A stretch of DNA of 64,000 nt. Source: an uncultured delta proteobacterium (lineage in GTDB: Bacteria > Myxococcota_A > Polyangia > Fen-1088). This document shows positions 1 through 8,412 of the stretch, piece by piece. The stretch lies in assembly GCA_963737265.1 (NCBI GenBank), contig CAVTRY010000021.1:192001-256000 (forward strand). Direction: 5' to 3'. Each line of letters starts with the position of its first letter. The stretch's first letter is position 1. The notes beneath the pieces are model-generated. The model was not told the DNA's origin, did no database searches, and saw only the letters and a list, made by a program, of their open reading frames with translations. The position numbers were made by a program, and so were the translations under genes.

Positions 1-1
1 C

Positions 2-1507
2 TATGACTTGAGCGCCCGTTTCGGCGCCCTCTTCGAGGACAGCTACCAGCATGTGCGCCAGGGCGCGGTCGAGGTGCGCGTGGGCAGCTACCAGTTCGAC
101 AACACCGCCGACGATTCGTCCGAGAAGGCCTTCGACATCGACGACTTCGACCGCTACGAGCCGCCCATGTTTGCGCCCGTGGACGACAACGTGGATGCCA
201 TCCGCGCCACCATGTGGCTGCAAACCGACGCGCGCTATAAACAGGCGCTGGCGGCCCTGCACAAAAAGCGCGGCTCGCGCGTGACCAAGATGGTCGAGGA
301 CGAAAAGATGCCGAGCTTTTCGCGCGAGAAGCCCGCGCGCGCGGTGGATCCGCCGATCGTCTTGAAACTAGACCGCGCCGCCTGGGCCGACCGTCTGCGC
401 CGCATTTCCGCCTTGTTCAAGGCGAATCCCGAGATTTTCGACTCGCAGGTTAAGCTGTCGGTCGACCACCAGACGCGCACCATCGTGACCAGCGAGGGAA
501 CCGAGCTGGTGAACGAGCGCTTGATCTATTCGCTCCAGCTGCTCGCGACCGGTCGCGCGCCCGACGGGCTGCTGGTCAACCACTTCAAGAGCTTCTACGG
601 CGCCACCGAGGCGGAGATGCCCGACGAAGCCGCGCTGCGGCGCACGGCGGCCCAGCTTGCCGACGAGGTCAAGCGCCTGCGCCAGGCGGCCATGCTGGAT
701 CCGTTCAACGGCCCGGCGATCCTCTTGCCCGAAGCCGCGGGCGTATTTTTCCACGAGGCGCTTGGCCATCGCCTGGAAGGCGAGCGGCAGAACGACAACA
801 AAGAAGGCGCGACCTTCAAGGGCCAAATCGGCAAGCCCATCCTGCCCACCTTTGTCAGCGTGCTCGACGATCCCACGCTGGCCAAGGTGGACGGCGTGTC
901 GCTCAACGGACACTACGGCTACGACGACGAAGGCGTGGTGGCGCGGCCGGTGACCCTGGTGGATCACGGGGTTTTGCGCAACTACCTCAAGAGTCGCACG
1001 CCGGTGAAAGGCTCGCTCGAATCCAACGGCCACGGTCGCTCCGAAGGCACGCTCGATCCTATCGGTCGCATGGCCAATACCATCGTTCGCCTGGACAAGG
1101 TGGTGACGTACGCCAAGCTAAAGGAAATGTTGCTGGAAGAGATCCGCCGGCAAAAGAAGGCGTTCGGCCTCATCATCGCCGACATCAGCGGCGGCCAGAC
1201 CAACACCACCACCTACGATTTCCAGGCCTTCAAGGGCATGCCGCGCATCGTGTACCGGGTCGACGCCACCACCGGCGAGGAAACCCTGGTTCGCGGCGTC
1301 GAGTTCGTGGGCACGCCCATCGGCTCGCTCAACCGCATCGTCGCCGCGTCCGACCAGACCGCCGTCTTCAACGGCTTCTGCGGCGCCGAATCGGGCTACG
1401 TCCCCGTTTCCACCGTTGCCCCCGCCGTGCTCATCAGCGAAATCGAATTGCAGCGCACCCGTCGGGCGCTGGAGAGACCGCCGATCTTGCCGGCGCCTTG
1501 GCGGTAG
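2..1507 (+). CDS. TldD/PmbA family metallopeptidase (5' end outside window)
   Basis: HEALGH (HExxxH) motif, 'DDPT..G.Y.YDDEGV', 'SNGHGR', C-terminal 'NGFCGAESGYVPVS..AP..L'; the frame is open to the window edge. Confidence 0.85.
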   Translation, partial: YDLSARFGALFEDSYQHVRQGAVEVRVGSYQFDNTADDSSEKAFDIDDFDRYEPPMFAPVDDNVDAIRATMWLQTDARYKQALAALHKKRGSRVTKMVEDEKMPSFSREKPARAVDPPIVLKLDRAAWADRLRRISALFKANPEIFDSQVKLSVDHQTRTIVTSEGTELVNERLIYSLQLLATGRAPDGLLVNHFKSFYGATEAEMPDEAALRRTAAQLADEVKRLRQAAMLDPFNGPAILLPEAAGVFFHEALGHRLEGERQNDNKEGATFKGQIGKPILPTFVSVLDDPTLAKVDGVSLNGHYGYDDEGVVARPVTLVDHGVLRNYLKSRTPVKGSLESNGHGRSEGTLDPIGRMANTIVRLDKVVTYAKLKEMLLEEIRRQKKAFGLIIADISGGQTNTTTYDFQAFKGMPRIVYRVDATTGEETLVRGVEFVGTPIGSLNRIVAASDQTAVFNGFCGAESGYVPVSTVAPAVLISEIELQRTRRALERPPILPAPWR

Positions 1508-1513
1508 CCAGCC

Positions 1514-2299
1514 ATGAACGACGACTTCCTCCATCGAACGGTTCCCGTGCTGGGCAAACGCGTGCATCGCTACGCCCTGTCCGCGTCCTATGGGCTCGAC
1601 GAGGCGGGGATGCGCGAGGGACTTGACCGGGGCGCCAACTACATCTTCTGGAGCCCGGCAAAGAAGTTTCTCAAGACCATCATCAAGGACGTCGTCGCCC
1701 CCAACCGCGAGCGCTACGTCCTCGCCACCGGTCCCATCCTGGGCTATTTCGCCGGCTCGGTCCGCCGCGCCACCGAAAAGGCACTGCGCGCCAGCGGCTG
1801 CGACTACCTCGACATCTTGCAGGTGTTCTGGGTCAACCGCATGTCCCTCCTTTCCAAGTCAGTGCTCGCCGAGATGGTGAAGCTGCGCGACGAGGGCAAA
1901 GTGCGCGCCATCGGAATTTCGATCCACGACCGCAAGCTCGCCGGCCGTCTTGCCGAAGAAGGCCCGCTGTCCATGTTCATGATCCGCTACAACGCCGCCC
2001 ATCCCGGCGCCGAGATCGACATCTTTCCCCACCTCGAACGGCGCAAACCCATGGTCGTCGCCTACACCGCCACCTCCTGGCGCAAGCTCTTGCGCGCACC
2101 CAAAAGCTGGACCGGCAAGGTGGCGACGCCCGGCGACTGCTACCGCTTTTGCCTCTCGAACCCGCACGTCGACGCCGTCCTGTCCGCGCCCAAGACCGTC
2201 GAGCAGTTGCGTGAAAACCTAGCCGCCCTGGACAAGGGCCCGCTGTCCGACGACGAGATGACCTGGATGCGCGCCTTCGGCCGCGCCGCGCACGGGTGA
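1514..2299 (+). CDS. Aldo/keto reductase family protein
   Basis: 'DYLDILQVFW', 'LRDEGKVRAIGIS', 'EQLRENLAAL' AKR motifs. Confidence 0.85.
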   Translation: MNDDFLHRTVPVLGKRVHRYALSASYGLDEAGMREGLDRGANYIFWSPAKKFLKTIIKDVVAPNRERYVLATGPILGYFAGSVRRATEKALRASGCDYLDILQVFWVNRMSLLSKSVLAEMVKLRDEGKVRAIGISIHDRKLAGRLAEEGPLSMFMIRYNAAHPGAEIDIFPHLERRKPMVVAYTATSWRKLLRAPKSWTGKVATPGDCYRFCLSNPHVDAVLSAPKTVEQLRENLAALDKGPLSDDEMTWMRAFGRAAHG

Positions 2300-2450
2300 G
2301 ATAATCTGCGCGAAGTAAGACCCACGACCGGCGCCTGAAGCTGCCGCCGAAGAAAGACCGATCCAGGTCGGCAGTGTAGGAACAGCGCCGCGCCAAACTC
2401 GACAGCATTCCACCAAGCTGTTACCCTGAGATCCGATTCCAGCAGTCGAT

Positions 2451-3794
2451 GTGCCGAGCCCGATGGAAATCGCGAATCCTGACGTAGCCGAGACAAGGCG
2501 GCCCACCGCCATCGACATCCGCCGCGAGGCACGGGTTGACCGACGAGCCGCGATTGCCCTAACGGCGATCGTTGTCGCCTACTTGGCGGCCATTGGGTAC
2601 CTCGCTTCGACTGGACGCTTTGTGTTCGTCTGGAAAACCACGACCGTCCCGGCGCTCTTTCTCGTCGCGCTGGTTACTCGACGCCTCGCTCCCTTTGTCA
2701 AGGATTGGGCGGTCTTCCTCGGCACCGTGGTGATCTTCGATTGCCTTCGCGGTCTAGTCTTCTCCCTCATTCTGCGCTTCCGTTTGCCCTATTATGCCGC
2801 CTACGTCATCGACGGGGACAAGCTACTGCTTGGTGGCAAGACGCTTTCAACGATTCTGCAAGACGCCCTATTCAGCGGCCGAATCGGATGGTTCGAAAAG
2901 CTCTTGGTCGTGATTCACGGCTCGCACTTCGTATTCTTCCTATTCGCCGGCATCGCGGTGTGGTTCTTTCGCCGGGCCGAGTTTTGGCGGTTCAGGCGAG
3001 CGTTCATGCTTCTGATGGTGTGCGGAATTACCGCTTACTTCCTGGTTCCCACGGTTCCGCCGTGGATGGCGGCGGCGCATTATCACCTTATCCCGCCCAT
3101 TCGCCACATCAGCTCCGAGGTCTACAACTTCGCCGTTCCGAGCCTCCAGCGCTCCTTCGACACGAACCCGATTGGGGCCATGCCGTCGCTTCACACTGCC
3201 TTTCCTTGCCTATGCACGCTTATTGCCTTCCACCATTTCGGTCGAAGGGCCATACCGCTTGCCCTCTACACGCTGTCCGTCTTGTTTGCGATCGGCTACT
3301 TGGGAGAGCACTACCTCGTCGACATCCTTGCTGGCTTGTTGCTGGCCGGCGCGATCTACCTGCTCTGCTATCGCATCTCATCGCTTTCGCGCCGCGCGGG
3401 GCCCAGCTCGGAAAGTTGGCCGTCAGGGCTTGGTGCACAGGTCGCGATCGCCGTCTTGTTGATCCTGGCCTCGGAGGGTATCGGCCGGGGCGGACAGGCC
3501 ATGCGACAGTCGCACGCAAGACTGATCCAGCGGCCTTTCGTCGAAGACAACCTGAGCGGACGAAGCGATCGTGCGCACTACCTGCTTGCCAGCATCGCAA
3601 TCCAGGACGGAAATGCCCCGGCCGCCATCCGCGAGTTGGAGCTTTCCCTGCGAGAGCTCAAGGACGCGCCTGACCGGCTCGACGCCGCCGAGATATTGCA
3701 AAAGCTTCGCGCGATGAGCGAGCAGACAACAACGCGACCTGAATCCCAGCCAATCGACCCCCAGCCAATCGCGCCCCAGCCAGTCGAACGATGA
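2451..3794 (+). CDS. PAP2-like (PAP2_3 / AUR1 IPC-synthase-like) membrane phosphotransferase with C-terminal TPR-like helices
   Basis: 'PTVPPW', 'GAMPSLH', 'YLGEHYLVDILAG' motifs; multiple TM helices. Confidence 0.8.
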   Translation: MPSPMEIANPDVAETRRPTAIDIRREARVDRRAAIALTAIVVAYLAAIGYLASTGRFVFVWKTTTVPALFLVALVTRRLAPFVKDWAVFLGTVVIFDCLRGLVFSLILRFRLPYYAAYVIDGDKLLLGGKTLSTILQDALFSGRIGWFEKLLVVIHGSHFVFFLFAGIAVWFFRRAEFWRFRRAFMLLMVCGITAYFLVPTVPPWMAAAHYHLIPPIRHISSEVYNFAVPSLQRSFDTNPIGAMPSLHTAFPCLCTLIAFHHFGRRAIPLALYTLSVLFAIGYLGEHYLVDILAGLLLAGAIYLLCYRISSLSRRAGPSSESWPSGLGAQVAIAVLLILASEGIGRGGQAMRQSHARLIQRPFVEDNLSGRSDRAHYLLASIAIQDGNAPAAIRELELSLRELKDAPDRLDAAEILQKLRAMSEQTTTRPESQPIDPQPIAPQPVER

Positions 3795-5314
3795 ACAGCG
3801 GTCCGTCATCCTTCGACGTGGTATCGGGACCGATGCGAGCGCGTACGGCTTTGCTTTTGTGCGTCGTCGGCGTTTCGCTTCCGTTCCTGATGGCGCCCTT
3901 CCCTCCTTCCACGGATCTGGCACAGCACATGGCCCAAGTCCGACTGGCCGGCGACGTGCTCTCCGGCCGGGCGCCGGAGATGGCCATTGCCTGGCTGGCC
4001 CCCAACAATCTCGCCTACGCGATTCTTGGTGCACTCTCGGCCGTCATGCCGCCGACTACGGCGGCACGCGTGGGACTGTGGCTCCTGGTGCTGTCGTGGG
4101 CACTGGCATCGCTCGCGCTCGCCGTCAGGCGTGGGCGCGATCCGCTGCTCGGAGTCACCGCATCTGTCCTCGCCTTCCAGGCGTCAGTCTATTGGGGCTT
4201 CCTGAACTTTCTTGTGGGCTGGCCGGTTTTCGTGGTGTGGCTGCAACTGACCGGCACGCCGGCACGGACGAGCAAGCGTTGGCGACACTACCTAGCGCTC
4301 GTAGCGGTAGGCTTGCTTCTCTACAGTGCCCACATCCTGTGGTTTGTGCTGGGTGGTGTCTGGGTCTTACTCGTTGGAACGCTCATACGCCCGCCACGCG
4401 TGACTTGGTTGCTCCAGCTCGGCAGCATGGTTCCAGGTGCGCTGTTGGCGTCTGTCTGGTACCCGCAGCTCGTGCAACATCGAGCCCAGTTCGAGACCGG
4501 CGCACTCTGGCGCTCCGATTGGTGGCAACGCTTGCAACCGATGGAATTACTCAAAACCATCATGGGCGGCCCCGCCGGTCCCAGTCCCGCGGCCATGGGC
4601 GGGGCGCTTGCCTTCTGGGTCCTGATGGTGTTGATCACACGCTGGGGCGAAGTGCGCCGCCATTCGGACCGAGCTCTGCTGCTCGCGGCGGCCATGCTGG
4701 GTCTTCTCGCTCTCGTCGCGCCTGACAAGTACATGAACACCATCTACTTCGCCCAGCGATGGGCACCTTGTTCGGCAGCGTTGTTGCTGGTGGGCCTGCC
4801 TGTGCCCAGGCTGCCTTTCCGCGCCGCTTTCTCCGCCGGGATACTCGGCGCCGTTTGCATGGCAACCTGCCTGGCATGGCATTCATTCTCGACAGTGGAG
4901 ATGACCGGCTTTCGCGCCGCGCTGGATGCCTCGCCGCCGAACGCGCGCGTGTTGGGACTGGATATGGTTGGCGAAAGTGACTTCGTCGGCGGGCGACCCT
5001 TCATGCAAATGATGGCGTACCTGCAGGCCGAAAAGGGCGGTTCACTCAACTTCTCGTTTGCAGAGCACGGTTCGAGTCTGGTGTCGTATCGGGCGCCGCG
5101 CGAGCGCAGTTGGAATCCGACGCTCGTGTGGCATGCCGAACGAGCACAGATGGCTGACATACTCGCGTTCGACATCGTTCTCATGAATGCGGTGCCGCGG
5201 GACCACCAAGATTTTCGGGAACACGCGCCCGTCCTGCCGATTACGAAAACGGGGCGGTGGCGGCTCTACTCCGTTCGACGGGCGAAGGTTGAGCAAGAAC
5301 CAGAGTCGCGATGA
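3791..5314 (+). CDS. Polytopic membrane protein, putative GT-C fold glycosyltransferase
   Basis: 'P..DL.QH', 'YWGFLNF..G.P', ~11 hydrophobic segments; ATGA overlap with the upstream gene. Confidence 0.55.
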   Translation: MNSGPSSFDVVSGPMRARTALLLCVVGVSLPFLMAPFPPSTDLAQHMAQVRLAGDVLSGRAPEMAIAWLAPNNLAYAILGALSAVMPPTTAARVGLWLLVLSWALASLALAVRRGRDPLLGVTASVLAFQASVYWGFLNFLVGWPVFVVWLQLTGTPARTSKRWRHYLALVAVGLLLYSAHILWFVLGGVWVLLVGTLIRPPRVTWLLQLGSMVPGALLASVWYPQLVQHRAQFETGALWRSDWWQRLQPMELLKTIMGGPAGPSPAAMGGALAFWVLMVLITRWGEVRRHSDRALLLAAAMLGLLALVAPDKYMNTIYFAQRWAPCSAALLLVGLPVPRLPFRAAFSAGILGAVCMATCLAWHSFSTVEMTGFRAALDASPPNARVLGLDMVGESDFVGGRPFMQMMAYLQAEKGGSLNFSFAEHGSSLVSYRAPRERSWNPTLVWHAERAQMADILAFDIVLMNAVPRDHQDFREHAPVLPITKTGRWRLYSVRRAKVEQEPESR

Positions 5315-7445
5315 GGCCCAGGACCGAGAGCAGGAGGCCAATCCACAGCCCCGGGGTCCGAAATTGTTCGTCGATCACGTGCTCACCAGGATCAAGGTAG
5401 ATCCCGCGCATGGCGATCTGTGCATGAACGATGGAAGTCGGTCGGCCGTCCACGGTGGCCTGCCAGCCCGGACTCCAGGCCTCGGACTGGACCAGCAGCG
5501 CCGGACCGCCCTCCACACTGCAGCGCAGACGCACATGCTCCGGCGCGAACAGTTCGTGTATGCACTCGCCCCGTGCCGAGCCGTCAAGCTCGACCGCCCC
5601 CTCGCCGGGTGCCACCAGCGCCTCTGCCTCGGCCGCGAACCCAGATGAACCGAGAAGCGCGATGGCCGTGGCATCGTCCACCACGCGCGCCCTGCCCATC
5701 ACACGTGTCCGGCCAGTCGGCGTCCGGTGGAACAGCATGGCGCCCTCGCCGAGTGAGGCGACAGCCTGCAGCCCTGGCACGGCACCTGGCACGGCAGTGG
5801 TCGGAAGTACCAGCCACTCGACATCGAACAGCGCAGCCGCGCGTTGGGCCTGACCGACCAGCGCGTCCCAAACCTGGCGCTGCTTGCCAGGGCGGCCCGG
5901 ATCGAAACCAGGCAGATGCGCGATTCCCCACGGACTGCCAAGATTGTCTGGCAACGTAGCCAGGGAGCCATCGAGCGTGGGCGTGTAGTAAAGCCGCGGC
6001 GGCGGCGCCCCTTTCATGGGCATGCTCATGTGCGCGGGAGGCTCGCGCAGTTGGCTGGCGTCGGCCCAAGTCAAGTAGGTCGAGGCAGCGCTGGCGAGAT
6101 CCATCAGGACCAACGGGAGTATCAGCCACACGGCGGCTGGTCTGCGCCGAGCCAAAACCAGTACGCCCGCCAGCGCGCCGCCGATGAAGATCACCCGCGA
6201 CGCGCCCGCGCTCGGGTCGCCCGATACCAGCGCGCCAACCAGAGCAGCGACGAGCAACCCGACGACGGCGATCGACGGAAGGCGCAGGTTCCCGGTGTCT
6301 CGGCTCGCCAGCACACGCTCTGCGCCCATGGCTCCGAGCAATGCAAGGCATGCGGTCACGACCAGGAGGTGTTTCTCCGGGTAGCGCATGTAGCCGAGTG
6401 GCGGAAAAATAGCGCGCAGAACGCCGTGCACGGGCGTATGCCGCCCGAAGGCTGCCACCAGCGCCAACGCCGCCAGCACGAGCAAAGCGCTGGTGATCCG
6501 CCGTCGCCCCGCGAACGGCGCGCATAACACCACGCCCAGGCCCAAATAGGCCGAGGTGATGAGCCTGTCGGCGTGCGCGGGGTTGCTGGACGGCAGCAGG
6601 AGCTCGATCACCCGCGCAGGGAAGAACGACCACCGCTCGGCGGCTTCAAGAGCCAGTCCCCCCGAGCGTTCGGAGGCCCCGAGCAGATACAACGCTGGAA
6701 CCAGCGCCACAGCGGCCAGCAGACCAGCCAGGATCAATGCGACGAAGGTCCGCAACAGCAGCCGGCGCAGGACTGGCCAGGTATTCTCACTCTCGGAGCC
6801 TTTCGCCCAGCCCAGGACCAATCCCAGCACGGCTGCGTGCAGCCAGATGAATGGATCGCCTGCCAAAGCAATGAGAGCGAACGCCGCCGCGGTTCCGGCT
6901 AAGACTCGGCGCCGCGATTCGCGCTCCGCGAGCAGCACCAGCCCCAGCGCGGCCCACGGTACCCAGGCACAGGTCAGGACCTTTTCGCCCGCGCTCCACA
7001 GGGACGTGGCGAAACCGCCCATTTGCCAGACAAACCCCGAGGCCGCCGCGACCGGCGCCCGGCAGCCAAGCCGTCTGGCCAACGCATAGCCACCCAAACC
7101 AGCCAGCAACGCATGAGCCAGCCAGAGCAGACACATCGCCAGCACCGGAGGTCCCAAAAGAAGCAGAAGGTTCGGAGGATAGAACGTGCCGTGGACGGGC
7201 GCACCCAGCGTTGCCGCGCCCAGGCCCACAAACGGATTCCACTGCGGCAGCCGCCCATCGAGAATGGCGGCCCGCCACAGAGCCCGCGCCGGCCATGCGA
7301 AACGCGGAAAGTCGCGCATGTCGGGCGCCCGGTCCAATAGGATCGGAAAAAACAGGACCAGGGGCGCGACGACCAGCGCGCCGCAAGCCCACCGAGCGCC
7401 GTCTCCTGGACCAAAACGCCGTACCACAACGGAGGAGTTGGTCAT
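5241..7445 (-). CDS. YfhO family membrane protein (GT-C-like)
   Basis: 'GRLPQWNPFVGLG', 'FYPPN', 'MRYPEK', C-terminal 'SEAWSPGWQATVDG...MRGIYL.PGEH'; start uncertain. Confidence 0.8.
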   Translation of the reverse strand: MTNSSVVVRRFGPGDGARWACGALVVAPLVLFFPILLDRAPDMRDFPRFAWPARALWRAAILDGRLPQWNPFVGLGAATLGAPVHGTFYPPNLLLLLGPPVLAMCLLWLAHALLAGLGGYALARRLGCRAPVAAASGFVWQMGGFATSLWSAGEKVLTCAWVPWAALGLVLLAERESRRRVLAGTAAAFALIALAGDPFIWLHAAVLGLVLGWAKGSESENTWPVLRRLLLRTFVALILAGLLAAVALVPALYLLGASERSGGLALEAAERWSFFPARVIELLLPSSNPAHADRLITSAYLGLGVVLCAPFAGRRRITSALLVLAALALVAAFGRHTPVHGVLRAIFPPLGYMRYPEKHLLVVTACLALLGAMGAERVLASRDTGNLRLPSIAVVGLLVAALVGALVSGDPSAGASRVIFIGGALAGVLVLARRRPAAVWLILPLVLMDLASAASTYLTWADASQLREPPAHMSMPMKGAPPPRLYYTPTLDGSLATLPDNLGSPWGIAHLPGFDPGRPGKQRQVWDALVGQAQRAAALFDVEWLVLPTTAVPGAVPGLQAVASLGEGAMLFHRTPTGRTRVMGRARVVDDATAIALLGSSGFAAEAEALVAPGEGAVELDGSARGECIHELFAPEHVRLRCSVEGGPALLVQSEAWSPGWQATVDGRPTSIVHAQIAMRGIYLDPGEHVIDEQFRTPGLWIGLLLSVLGLIATLVLAQPSPVERSRAATAPFS

Positions 7446-7572
7446 TAGCAATTGTACTCGATATCTAGGTCTGGATGTTCACGCTGAAAGCATTGCGGCA
7501 GCTATCGCCGAAGGGCGCGGACAGATCCGTGGCCTCGGCAAGTTTCCCAACCGGCCCGAGGCCGTCCGCAAG
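7444..7572 (+). pseudogene. IS110-family transposase N-terminal remnant
   Basis: GGAGGAG RBS, then ATT instead of ATG, then SNCTRYLGLDVHAESIAAAIAEGRGQIRGLGKFPNRPEAVRK, matching the 'Y.G.DVH' start of the IS110 DEDD domain; similarity ends after ~43 codons. Confidence 0.7.
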
Positions 7573-7671
7573 CCCATTGAGCATCGTCCCGATCACCCCG
7601 CCGCTCGAAAAGTCGACCTGCTTTGCCCATGGAGAGAAGAGGACACCGTGACGCAGGCTCTGCAGGAGTAC

Positions 7672-7743
7672 GTCCAGCGCCTTTGTCGTGAAGCAGCGCT
7701 CGGCCGGCCGCGGCCCGTTGAGCGCTGCAACGGCTTGTTCGAC
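7672..7743 (+). mobile_element. Integron attC-like site (degenerate)
   Basis: GTCCAGC (R''-like) ... GCAGCGCTC/GAGCGCTGC perfect inverted repeat ... AACGGCTT-GTTCGAC (R'-like); 72 bp. Confidence 0.6.
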
Positions 7744-7796
7744 CGCGTCCGAACGGAGGACTGGACATAATATACAACTGGTCATATATTCTGGTT

Positions 7797-8015
7797 ATGA
7801 AGACGCTGGCAGCCGCAAAATTCAAGGAGCAGTGCCTTTCGATCCTCGATCACCTTGAGCCGGATGGACTCGTGATCACGAAGCACGGCAAGCCCGTCGC
7901 GCGAATCCTCCCTGCCGAGCGAGCCTCGGCTGATCTTATCGGCGCTTTTCGCGGTCGCATCCGAGTGAAGGGTGACATCCAGTCGACAGGAGTCGCCTGG
8001 GAAGCCCATGGTTAA
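7797..8015 (+). CDS. Phd/YefM family antitoxin
   Basis: 'MKTLAAAKFKEQCLSILD...LVITKHGKPVARI'. Confidence 0.9.
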   Translation: MKTLAAAKFKEQCLSILDHLEPDGLVITKHGKPVARILPAERASADLIGAFRGRIRVKGDIQSTGVAWEAHG

Positions 8016-8367
8016 CGTCGACACGCACATCCTCGTTTTCGCCTTGACGGGCCAAGTAACCGAGAGGGAGCGTCGAGTTCTGGCATCGAATACCTGGACC
8101 GTATCCGCGATTGTCCTCTGGGAACTCGCCAAACTCGCGCAACTTGGTCGAATTGATATCGACCTTGACGATGCGGATCTCACGAGAACTCTTTCCAGCA
8201 TTCACGTCTGGCCTATCGACCTTACCGTAAGCATTCAGTCGACCAGGCTCGATTTCAAAAGCGATCCTGCGGATGAACTGATTGCGGCAACCAGCATCGT
8301 CCACCAAATCCCACTTCTAACTCGGGACCGCCGGATCCGCGGTTCTCGTCTCGTCAAGTTCGCTTGA
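8008..8367 (+). CDS. vapC: VapC/PIN-domain toxin
   Basis: 'VDTHILV', 'SAIVLWEL', 'DPADELIAATS', 'LLTRD'; overlaps the antitoxin stop. Confidence 0.9.
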   Translation: MVNVDTHILVFALTGQVTERERRVLASNTWTVSAIVLWELAKLAQLGRIDIDLDDADLTRTLSSIHVWPIDLTVSIQSTRLDFKSDPADELIAATSIVHQIPLLTRDRRIRGSRLVKFA

Positions 8368-8377
8368 ACCTGCATCC

Positions 8378-8412
8378 GTCGAACGCCTTGCCGTCAAGCT
8401 GCGGGCGGCCGT
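8378..8412 (+). mobile_element. attC-like left arm (truncated)
   Basis: GTCGAAC (reverse complement of GTTCGAC at 7737) followed by GCCTTGCCGTCAAGCTGCGGGCGG, similar to 7672-7695. Confidence 0.55.

Noticed and set aside
3744-3788. 15-bp CCCAGCCAATCG-type repeats
   Set aside because: In-frame low-complexity PQPI tail of the PAP2 protein, not a separate element
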